NCBI GenBank assembly: GCA_038087875.1
Contig: CM075996.1
Location: 6,822,001 to 6,886,000, forward strand
Source of the DNA: Malacoraja senta
Taxonomy: Eukaryota
Direction: 5' to 3'
DNA length: 64,000 nucleotides
This document shows positions 50,501 to 62,500 of this stretch, in pieces. The translations under genes were made by a program, and so were the position numbers. Position 1 is the first letter of the stretch, and each line of letters begins with the position of its first letter. The notes under the pieces were generated by a model that saw only the letters and a list, made by a program, of their open reading frames with translations, did not search any database and was not told the origin of the DNA.

Positions 50501-53500
50501 CTCCGGGTGCTCCGGTTTCCTCCCACACTCCAAAGACGTGCAGGTTCGTAGGCTTCTGTAAAATGTCGCTAGTGTGTGTCGGATGGGACTAGTGTATGGG
50601 GTGATCGCTGGTCGGCGCGGACTCGGTGGGCCGAATGGCCTGTTTCCGCGTTGTATCTCTAAACTAAGCCAAAGCTCCGCATTAGTGATTCCACATGTGG
50701 CGCAGATCGGAACCAGAGTTCATTAACATGAGGTGTTCTCTAAAGCCCGTGGAAACTCAGGAGATTGTCTGTTGAACAGAGTTTAGTTTAGTTTAGATTG
50801 AAGTGTGCAGTGGGCAGGTGCTATAGACCTACACGGGAAGGTAGACGCTCCCGCCCCCACGAGTCTCGGGCAGATGGGGCTCGTCAGCCTGGGAAGGCGG
50901 TCCATCTAGAGAGGGAAAACTCTGATTTAAAACCTCCGCTGCCTTGTGGCCATATCCAGTCATGGAAAAGGCTCCAGGAGTAAACCTCAAGAAAATCCGG
51001 AGTCGGAGCCCCTAAGGCTGAGGAAGGACATTATAGCCATAGAGGGAGTGCAGAGAAGGTTCACCAGACTGATTCCTGGGATGTCAGGACTTTCATATGA
51101 AGAAAGACTGGATAGACTTGGCTTATACTCGCTAGAATTTAGGAGATTGAGAGGGGATCTTATAGAAACTTACAAAATTCTTATGGGGTTGGACAGGCTA
51201 GATGCAGGAAGATTGTTCCCGATGTTGGGGAAGTCCAGGACAAGGGGCCACAGCTTAAGGATAAGGGGGAAATCCTTTAAGACCGAGATGAGGAAAAACT
51301 TTTTCACACAGAGAGTGGTGGATCTCTGGAACTCTCTGCCACAGAGGGTAGTTGAGGCCAGTTCATTGGCTATATTTAAGAGGGAGTTAGATGTGGCCCT
51401 TGTGGCTAAAGGGATCAGGGGGTATGGAGAGAAGGCAGGTACGGGATACTGAGTTGGATGATCAGCCATGATCATATTGAATGGCGGTGCAGGCTCGAAG
51501 GGCCGAATGGCCTACTCCTGCACCTATTTTCTATGTTTCTATGTATCTAAGGCAGTTTGTCGTTGTCTACAACCTCACTCTGGCAGCTCCTGCGACGGCG
51601 CTGGTGCCAAACTGTAACGGCCCTGCTGTTCCTTTGGATCGATCAGCGACGTGGAGAGGGGGGGGGGGGGGGACGTGCTGCATGGGCAACAGCCTGTCCT
51701 CCATATGACATCGCCCAGGATGCATCACCCATGGTCAGTCATGACCGAAGGGGGCCTACTAAGATCGAAGATAGACACAAAATGCTGGAGTAACTCAGCG
51801 GGACAGGCAGCATCTCTGGAGAGAAGGAATGGGTGACGTTTTGGGTCGACACCCTTCCTTTCTACATGTTTAATTTAACTTAGTTTAGTTTCGTTCAGTT
51901 CAGAGCTACAGCATGGAAACAGACGGGTGATCGATCGCTGGACGGCATGGACTCGGTGGGCCGAAGAGCCTGCTTCCACGCTGCATCACTAAATCAAAAA
52001 AATAATAATTCTAGTAAAGAAGTTAATGGATTTGTGAATTGGATTTCTATTCTTTCTATTTCAGATTCTGCAGAAAAAGAAAGTCACTCGGCAGCTCGAG
52101 GTATAGATGATTATGAGTTTAATATCACACATGGTCTATGCTAGCACTTGTGTTCAGCAGTCTATGAACGGTCTGGGTTGTGACTCTGGCAATGGGTTTT
52201 AACGGCTCTGGGATGGAGTGCATCTTACTGATTCATAAGGTCATAAGTGATAGGAGCAGGATTAGGCCATTCGGCCCATCAAATCTACTCCGCCATTCAA
52301 TCATGGCTGATCTATCTCAACCGCCCAACCCCATTCTCCTGCCTTCTCTCCGTAACCCCTGACACCCGTACTAATCAAGAATCTATCTATCTCTGCCTTA
52401 AATATATCCACTGTCTTTGCCTCCACCGCCTTCTGTGGCAAAGAATTCCACAGATGCACCATCCTCTGACGAAACAAATTCCTCCTCATCTCCTTCCTAA
52501 AAGAACGTCCTTTAATTCTGAGGCTGTGACCACTAGACTCTCCCACTAGTGGAAACATCCTCTCCACAACCACTCTGTCCAAGCCTTTCACTATTCTGTA
52601 CGTTTCCATGAGGCCCCCCTCCCCCCCCCCCCTCATTCTTCTAAACTCCAGCGAGTACAGGCCCAGCACCGTCAAACGCTCACCATATGTTAACCTACTT
52701 ATTCCTGGATTCTGGATTCCGTGTGTGTGTGAACAGACAGCCACATGTAACATAGGCACGTGTAGGAAGGAACCGCAGCTGCTGGTTTAAACCGAAGATA
52801 GATACAAAATGCTGGAGTAACTCAGACTGAAGAAGGGTCTCGACCCGAATCGTCAGCCAGTATAGCAGGCTTGTGGGCTGAATGGCCTCCCTCTGGTCCA
52901 GTACACAAGCTGGTGCCCATGCAGGCTGGAAATGCATCGCCGCATTGACACACTTCTGCATGTGTGAACCTTCCCCCCCCCCCCCGCCTCCCGCCATTCC
53001 CACTTTCTAATCCGTGTCTGGTTTTGATTCCAGATTCCAAAGAGAGCAGAGAGAGGATAATCCGAGTGTCTGAATCCGGAGAAGGTTGGTGGATCTTTCA
53101 TCGAGGGGATTAGGGGCCGTGTGGACGCAGGGGAGCTGGGTCTGCGAGGATTAACAATGAGCGGGGCGGCACGGTGGAGCAGCGGGTAGAGCTGCTGCCT
53201 CACGGTGCCAGACACCCGGGTTCGACCCCGACCTCGGGTTCTGTCTGTGTGGAGTTTGCATCTTCCCAGCAGTTTGTTTTTATTTTCCTCTCAAAATGAC
53301 CCGGACCTTAAACCCGGATCAGAAGCTGCCACGTTTTCTTAACATTGATTTCAGTTTTTCAAAGCGGCACGGTGGCGCAGCGGAAGAGTTGCTGCCTCAC
53401 AGCGCCGGAGACACGGGTTCGATCCCGACTACCGTTGCTGTCTGTACGGAGTTTGTACGTTCTCCCCGTGACCGCGTGGGTCTGCACCGGGTGCTCCGGT

Positions 53501-56500
53501 TTCCTCCCACATCCCAACGGCGTGGGGGTTTGTCGGCCCATGACCTCGGTAAAAATTCTCCCCAGTGCGTAGGGAGTGCTTGAGAATATTGGATGACATG
53601 GAACGCCTGTGAAGTTGATCAAAGTTTATATTTTGTTTTAGAGACACAGCGTGGAAACAACGGGTCCCGCGCTGACTACTGAGCAACACTAGTTTTATCC
53701 CACACACTGAGGTCAATTTACAGAAGCCAGTTAACCTACCAACCTGCACGTCTTTGGAGTGTGGGAGGAAACCGGAGCACCCGGAGAAAACCCACAGGTC
53801 ACAGGGTGAACATATAAACTCCGTACAGGCAGCACTCGTAGTCGGGATCGAACCTAGGTCTCGGGCGCTGTGAGGCAGCAACTCTACTGCTGCGCCACCG
53901 TGTGTAGGATAAAACTGGATACTTTCAAGAGAGAGCTGGATAGGGCTCTTAAAGATAGCGGAGTCAGGGGATATGGGGAGAAGGCAGGAACGGGGTACTG
54001 ATTGGGGATGATCAGCCATGATCACATTGAATGGCGGTGCTGGCCCGAAGGGCCGAGTGGCCTACTCCTATTGTCTATTAGTCTATTGTCTATTAGTCGG
54101 TGTGGGCAAGTTGGGCCGAGGGGCCTGTTTCCACACTGTATCACTCTGTGATTGTTGAACTGAAATCCTTTCCCTTCGATTCCAGATTCTGCTGAAAAAG
54201 AGAGTCACTCTGCAACTCATGGTAACTATTCATCACATTTATATCTTGTTTCTAACAACCGCTGGTGAACTATCTGTTGCCATTTGCCCTAACTGTGGGA
54301 GAACCAGTGGGTCCCATTAGCCTGGAGTAGAAACCATTAAGGTCATTTAGTTTAGTTTAGATTCCGTTTTCGCCAGAGATGCTTCCTGTCCCGCTGAGTT
54401 ACTCCAGCTTTTTGTGTCTATCTTCGGTTTAAAGCAGCCTCTGCAGTTCCTTCTTACTTATAATCGGGAACGGGTTCTCATTCCAGATTCCAGTGAGAGT
54501 GCCGAAGAGATACGGAAGCTGATTTCATCGGGAGGAGATGATGGTTTGTGGATCTCGTTCTATGGGGTTTAATGGCTGCACTAACATGTGGGAGGGGGTC
54601 CATTAGGGAGAGAGTCTCAACCCACTGCATTTGGAGTCGTAGAGTGACACAGTGTGGAAACAGGCCCTTCGGCCCAACTTGCCCACACTGGCCAACATGT
54701 CTCAGCTACACTAGTCCCACCTGCATGCGCTTGGTCCATATCCCTCCAAACCTGTCCTATCCATGTACCTGTCTAACTGCTTCTTAAATGTTGGGATAGT
54801 CCCAGCCTCAACTACCTCCTCTGGCAGATAGTTCCATTCACCCACCACCCCTTGTGTGGAAAAGATACCCCCCAGATTCCTATTAAATCTTTTCCCCTTC
54901 ACCTTGAACCTATGTCCTCTGGTCCTCGATTCCCCTACTTTAGTTTAGTTTAGTTTAGTTTATTATCACCTGTGCCAAAGTACAGTGGAAAGCTTTTTGG
55001 CTGCGAGCCATCCAGTCAGCGGGAAGACTAGGGCGGCACGGTGGCGCAGCGGTAGAGCTGCTGCCTCAGAGCGCCAGAGACCCGTGTTCGATCCCGACTA
55101 CAGGTGCTGTCTGTACGGAGTTTGCACGTCCTCCCAGTGAGTCTGTACGTCCTTCAAAATCTTCGGTTTCCTCCCACACTCCAAAGACGTACAGGTTTGT
55201 AGGCTAATAGGCTTGGTAGAAATGTAAAATTGTCCCTAGTTTGTATAGGGTAGTGATAAGGGCCTGACCTTCCTGGCCGTCATTTGCGCGTCACGCAGAT
55301 GGCGCGCGAGGATTTTGTACATCACAAAATCCTGCGACGCCGCGCGCGGCACTGCCTATGTCATCGTGCACCATGCGCGCGTAGTGCGTGTCACGACACG
55401 TGCGTCGTGACGCGTAAATGATGTCGCGTAAATTACGCGCAAATGACGGCCAAGTGGGACAGGCCCTTTAGTGTGTGGGGATGGATGGGATTTGTGGATC
55501 GTCCATATTCACAAGGGGAGTGGGATCTTTGAACGGGTAACTGATTGTGTGGTCGGGAAACTGAAACCCTCTTCCTTTCTGTTTCAGACTCTGCGGAGAA
55601 CGAGAGTGGGCCGGATACTAAAGGTAGTTCACCTGATCTGTCACGTCACCAGGATAGAGCGAACTGTTTTAAAAACGGGGAGAGGGGAAATGTTCAAATC
55701 TTCTGACTACGGGAGGCGATCAACATCTTGCGTTGAGATAGACACAGAGTGCTGGGGTAACTCAGCGGGTCAGGCAGCATCTCTGGAGAAAATGGATAGG
55801 TGAGGTGTAGAAACGGAGAACTGCAGATGCTGTTTAAGAAACAGTTAGACAGGGTACATGGATAGGACAGGTTTGGAGGGATATGGACCAAGCGCAGGAA
55901 AGTGGGACTAGTGTAGCTGGGACATGTCGGCCGGAGTGGGCACTGGGCCGAAGGGCCTGTTTCCGCACTATGTCACTCTACGACTCCATGCTAGCTTATA
56001 CCAAAGATAGACACAAAGTCATGGAGATGCAACTTGTGAAGCCAGAGGAAGGAATGTAGGGTGGGGGGGGGCAATGAAGATCGGACACAAAGTGCTGGAG
56101 TAACTCAACGGATCAGACAGCGTCTCTGAAGAAAAAGGGACAGGTGACGTTTTGGGTCGGGACCCTTCTTATTAATCGTATCTATGGAATCTTACAGTGC
56201 TCAAACTGGGTTTGGAGTCTGGACCGGTCTGTGGAAGGGTCCCGACCTGAAACGGCACCTATCTTTTTTCTGATGCTGCCTGACCCGCTGAGTTGCCCCA
56301 GCACTTTGTGTCTACCTTCGGTACAAACCAGCATCTGCAGTTCTTTGTTGCCACGTCTTGTGGTCGGTGGATTGAATATATCATCCTCCTTTCCTTTCTC
56401 TTCCAGATTCTGCGGAGAAAGAGAGTCGCTCTACATCTCGAGGTACGGATATTTATGATTTCAATGTCTCCCTGTAACATTCACTGGTGAACAATCCATC

Positions 56501-59500
56501 CACCCATGGGTGAGGTTGAGAGGGATAGGGGCCAAACGCGGGCAGGTGGGACTAGTGTGGGCAGCATGTGCACACTGGGCCGAAGGGCTTTTTCCGTGCA
56601 GTGTGACTATTTACAATATTTACAATATACATCAATGATTTTAGAAGTAACATTAGCAAATTTGCAGATGACACAATGCTGGGTGGCAGTGTGAACTGTG
56701 AGGAGGATGCTATGAGAGTGCAGGGTGACTTGGACAGGTTGGGGGAGTGGGCAGATGCATGGCAGATGCAGTTTAATGTGGATAAATGTGAGGTTATCCA
56801 CTTTGGTATCAAAAACAGGGAGGCAGATTACTATCTAAATGGTGTCAAGTTGGGAAAAGGAGAAGTACAACGGGTCTGGGTGTCCTTGTTCATCAGTCAA
56901 TTAAAGTAAGCATGCAGGTACAGCAGGCAGTGAAGAAAGCGAATGGCATGTTGGCCTTTATAACAAGAGGAGTTGAGTATAGGAGCAAAGAGGTCCTTCT
57001 GCAGTTGTATAGGGCCCTAGTAAGCCAACACCTGGAGTATTGTGCGCAGTTTTGGTCCCCTAATTTGAGGAGGGACATTCTTGCTATTGAGGGAGTGCAG
57101 CGTAGGTTTACAAGGTTAATTTCCGGGATGGCGGGATTGTCATATGCTGAGAGAATGGAGTGGCTGGCCTTATATACTCTGCAGTTTAGAAGGAAGAGAG
57201 GGGATCTTATTGAAACATATAAGATTATTACGGATTTGGACACGCTAGAGGCAGGAAACAGGTTCCCAATGTTGGGGGAGTCCAGAACCAGGGGCCACAG
57301 TTTAAGAATAATGGGTAAGACATTTAGAACGGAGACGAGGAAACACATTTTCTCACAGAGAGTTGTGAGTCTGTGGAATTCTCTGCCTCTGAGGCCGGTT
57401 CTCTGGATACTTTCAAGAGAGAGCTAGATAGGGCTCTTAAAGATAGTGGAGTCAGGGGTATTGGGGAGAAGGCAGGAACGGGGTACTGATTGGGGATGAT
57501 CAGCCATGATCACATTGAATGGCGGTGCTGGTTCGAAGGGCCAAATAGCCTACTCCTGCACCTATTGACTATTGTCTATTGACTCTGTGACTCTATGAAT
57601 GTAATCACATACAGTCTTTCCACTGACTGGATTGCACGCAACAAAAAAGCCTTTCGCTGTACCTTGTTGCCAGTGGTAATAAACTACACTGGTCGGTCAA
57701 ACGTTGGGCAACACAGTGATGCAGCTTGTGAACAGACAGCTCCGTGAACTCATTTTAAATCTGTGAACCTTCCCATGCCCGTTTTCCATTTCATAATCAA
57801 AGGCCCCGTTCTCATTTCAGATTCCAAGGAGAGCGGGGAGAGGAAAATCAAAGTGCTGGGATCCAGAGATGATGACGGTGGGTGGACCTGTGTGTCTGGG
57901 GATTGTTGGCCGGGCCTCTGTTGAAGCGATGTCCTCTGGTCCTCCATTCCCCAACTCTGGGCAAAAGACTGTGCGTCTACCCGACTGTTGAGTTGAGGAG
58001 TAGCCTTTTCACACAGAGGGTGGCGGGTGTGTGAGACGAGGTGCCAGAGGAGGTCGTTGAGGCAGGGACTATAACAACATTGAAATTACACTTGGACAGG
58101 TGCATGGACAGGGATTTGGGCCAAACGCAGGCAGGTGGGACGAGTGTAGGTGGGGCATGTTGATCGGGATCAAACTCGGGTCTCTGGCGCTGTGAGGCAG
58201 CAACTCTACTGCTGCACCACCTTAGTTAGAATCTCCCTGGCGTAGTCACCTGTCCTCACCCTGAGTGTGTCCGGGTTCGGACGGAGTTTGGGATCTTGCT
58301 GTGCCCTTCGGGTAACTGACCGTGTGGTCGGCAAACTGTAACCCTCTTCCTTCTGTTTCAGACTCAGCGGAGAACGAGAGTGGGCCCGATACTAAAGGTA
58401 GCTCTCCTGATCTTTTTAACCTTTAGAGATACAACGCGGAAACAGGCCCTTCGGCCCACTGAGTCCGTGCTGACCAATGATCACCCCGTACAATAGCAAT
58501 ATCCTATACACACTAGGAACAATTTTAAAATATACAGAAGCCTAATTAACTTACAGCCCTGTATGTCTTTGGAGTGTGGGAGGAAACCAGAGCACCCGGA
58601 GAAAACACAAGCGGTCACTGGGAGAACTTGCAAACTCCGTACAGACGGTACCCGTAGTCAGGATTGAACCCAGATCTCTGGCGCAACTCTACCGCTGCGC
58701 CACCGTGCCTCCCTATTGTACTCATGATTGTGCCACTTAATTGTAACCATGTCCAGTCTTCCCGCTGACTGGATAGCACGCAACAAAAAAGCTTTTCACT
58801 GTACCTCGCTACACGTGACAATAAACTGAACCAAACAAAACCAACCTAACCCCAACCACACTAAACTAAACTAAACTAGACTAGACTAGACTAGACTAAC
58901 AAACTAAACTGGAGTGGTGATTCTGTCAAACGTTGGGCAACACAGTGGTGCAGCTTGTGTACAGACAGCTCCGTGGACTCATGTTAAATCTGTGAACCTT
59001 CAACGCCCGTTTTCCATTTTATAACCATAGCCCCGTTCCTATTTCAGATTCCAAGGAGAGCGAGGAGAGGAAAATCAAAGTGCTGGGATCCAGAGATGAT
59101 GACGGTGGGTGGACCTGTGTGTCTGGGGATTGTTGGCCGGGCCGCTGTCGGGGAGCTGGGTCTGTGAGGATGAACAAAGTGAAGGGTCTTGACCCGAATT
59201 GTCACTGTGCGTTTACCCGATTGTTGAGTTGAGGGGTAATGTTTTCACACAGGCGGTGGTGGGAGTACGGTACACGCTGCTGGAGGAGGTAGTTGTTGCA
59301 GGTAGTTGCTGCGTGGATAGGACAGGTTTGGTGGGATTTGGGCCAAACGCAGGCACGTGGGACTAGTGTAGATGGGGCATGTTGGTCAGGATCAAACTCG
59401 GGTCTCTGGCGCTGTGAGGCAGCAACTCTACTGCTGCACCACCTTAGTTAGAATCTCCCTGGCGTAGTCACCTGTCCTCATCCTGAGTGTGTGGGGGTTC

Positions 59501-62500
59501 GGACGGAGTTTGGGATCTTGCTGTGCCCTTCGGGTAACTGACCGTGTGGTCGGCAAACTGTAACCCTCTTCCTTCTGTTTCAGACTCAGCGGAGAACGAG
59601 AGTGGGCCCGATACTAAAGGTAGCTCTCCTGATCTTTTTAACCTTTAGAGATACGGCGCGGAAACAGGCCCTTCGGCCCACCGAGTCTGTGCTGACCAAT
59701 GATCACCCCGTACAATAGCAATATCCTACACACTAGGGACAATTTTAAAATATACAGAAGCCAACTAACTTACAGCCCTGCAAGTCTTTGGAGTGTGGGA
59801 GGAAACCGGAGCACCCGGAGAAAGCCCACGCGGTCACAGGGAGAACGTGCAAACTCCGTAGAAACAGCACCTGTAGTCAGGATCGAACTCGGGTCCCTGG
59901 CGCTGTGAGACAGCAACTCTACCACTGCGCCACCGTGCCTCACTATTGTACTCATGATTGTGCCACTTAATTTTAAACATGTACAGTCTTTCCGCTGACT
60001 GGATAGCACGTAACAAAAAAGCTTTTCACTGTACCATAGAGAATAGGTGCAGGAATAGGCCATTCGGCCCTTCGAGCCAGCACCTCGGTACACGTGACAA
60101 TTAACTGAACCAAACGAAACCAACCGAAACCCAACCACACTAAACTGAACTAGACTAGACTAGACTAGACTAAACTAGACTAACAAAACTAAACTGGAGT
60201 GTTGATTCTGTCAAACATTGGGCAACACAGTGGTGCAGCTTGTGAACAGACAGCTCCATGGACTCATGTTAAATCTGTGAACCTTCAACGCTCGTTTTCC
60301 ATTTTATAACCATAGCCTCGTTCCTATTTCAGATTCCAAGGAGAGCGGGGAGAGGAAAATCAAAGTGCTGGGATCCAGAGATGATGACGGTGGGTGGACC
60401 TGTGTGTCTGGGGATGATTGGCTGGGCCGCTGTCGGGGAGCTGGGTCTGTGAGGATGAACGAACGGTTTCACCTCCAACCCGCGTGGAGGCTGGGACTGG
60501 GGGCAAGACAGAGATAGCTGGGGCGAGAGGGGAAAGGTTTAATAGGAACCTCGGTCACAGAGTCATAGAGTCATACAGCGTGGAAACAGGCCCTTCGGCC
60601 CAACTTGCCCACACCGACCAACATACCCCATCTACACTTGCCCCACCTGCCTACGTTTGACCCATATCCCTCTAAACCTGTCCTATCCATGTACCTGTCT
60701 AAATGTTTCTTAAACGTTGCGATAGTCCCAGCCTCGTCTGGCTGCCCGTTCCATACACACACCACCCTTTGGTGTAAAAAAGTTACCCCCCATTACATTT
60801 CTCCCCCCTCACCTTAAACCTATGTCCTCTAGTTCTCGATTCCCCTACTCTGGGCAGTAGACTCGAAGCATTTACCCGATCTATTCCTCTCATGATTTTG
60901 CACACCTCTATAAGATCACTGTGCGTTTACCCGATTGTTGAGTTGATGGGTAACTTTTTCACACAGAGGGTGGTGGGTGTATGGAACGAACTGCCAGATG
61001 AGGTAGTTGAGGCTGGGACTATAACAACATTCAAAATACACTTGGACTGGTACATGAACAGGGTGGGTTTGAAGGGATGTGGGCCAAATGCAGGCAGGTG
61101 GGACTAGCGTAGATGGGGCATATTGGTCGGCATGGGCAAGTTGGGCTGAAGGGCCTGTTTCCGTGCTGTATCACTCTGTGACTCCATGGAATCAAGACCA
61201 CAGGTCACTTGGTCTGATCCTGTGCTGGAAATCCAATGCACTGCGTAGTTAGAATGTCCCTGGCGTAGTCACCTGTCCTCATCCTGAGTGTGTCGGGGTT
61301 CGGACGGAGTTTGGGATCTTGCTGTGCCCTTCGGGTAACTGACCGTGTGGTCGGCAAACTGTAACCCTCTTCCTTCTGTTTCAGACTCAGCGGAGAACGA
61401 GAGTAGGCCCGATACTCAAGGTAGCTCTCCTGATCTTTTTAACCTTTAGAGATACAACGCGGAAACAGGCCCTTCGGCCCACTGAGTCCGTGCTGACCAA
61501 TGATCACCCCGTACAATAGCAATATCCTATACACACTAGGAACAATTTTAAAATATACAGAAGCCTAATTAACTTACAGCCCTGTATGTCTTTGGAGTGT
61601 GGGAGGAAACCAGAGCACCCGGAGAAAACACAAGCGGTCACTGGGAGAACTTGCAAACTCCGTACAGACGGTACCCATAGTCAGGATTGAACCCAGATCT
61701 CTGGCGCAACTCTACCGCTGCGCCACCGTGCCGCCCTATGATTGTACTCATGATTGTGCCACTTAATTGTAACCATGTCCAGTCTTTCCGCTGACTGGAT
61801 AGCACGCAACAAAAAAGCTTTTCACTGTACCTCGCTACACATGACAATAAACTGAACCAAACAAAACCAACCTAACCCCAACCACACTAAACTAAACTAA
61901 ACTAAACTAGACTAGACTAACAAACTAAACTGGAGTGGTGATTCTGTCAAACGTTGGGCAACACAGTGGTGCAGCTTGTGAACAGACAGGTCCATGGACT
62001 CATGTTAAATCTGTGAACCTTCCACGCCCGTTTTCCATTTTATAATCATAGCCCCGTTCCTATTTCAGATTCCAAGGAGAGCAGGGAGAGGAAAATCAAA
62101 GTGCTGGGATCCAGAGATGATGACGGTGGGTGGACCTGTGTGTCTGGGGATTGTTGGCCAGGCCGCTGTCGGGGAGCTGGGTCTGTGAGGATGAACAAAG
62201 TGAAGGGTCTTGACCCGAAATGTCGCTGTGCGTTTACCCGATTGTTGAGTTGAGGGGTAACGTTTTCACACAGGCGGTGGTGGGAATGCGGTACACGCTG
62301 CTGGAGGAGGAGGTAGTTGTTGCAGGTAGTTGCTGCATGGATAGGACAGGTTTGGTGGGATTTGGGCCAAACGCAGGCAGGTGGGACTAGTGTAGATGGG
62401 GCATGTTGGTCAGGATCAAACTCGGGTCTCTGGCGCTGTGAGGCAGCAACTCTACTGCTGCACCACCTTAGTTAGAATCTCCCTGGCGTAGTCACCTGTC

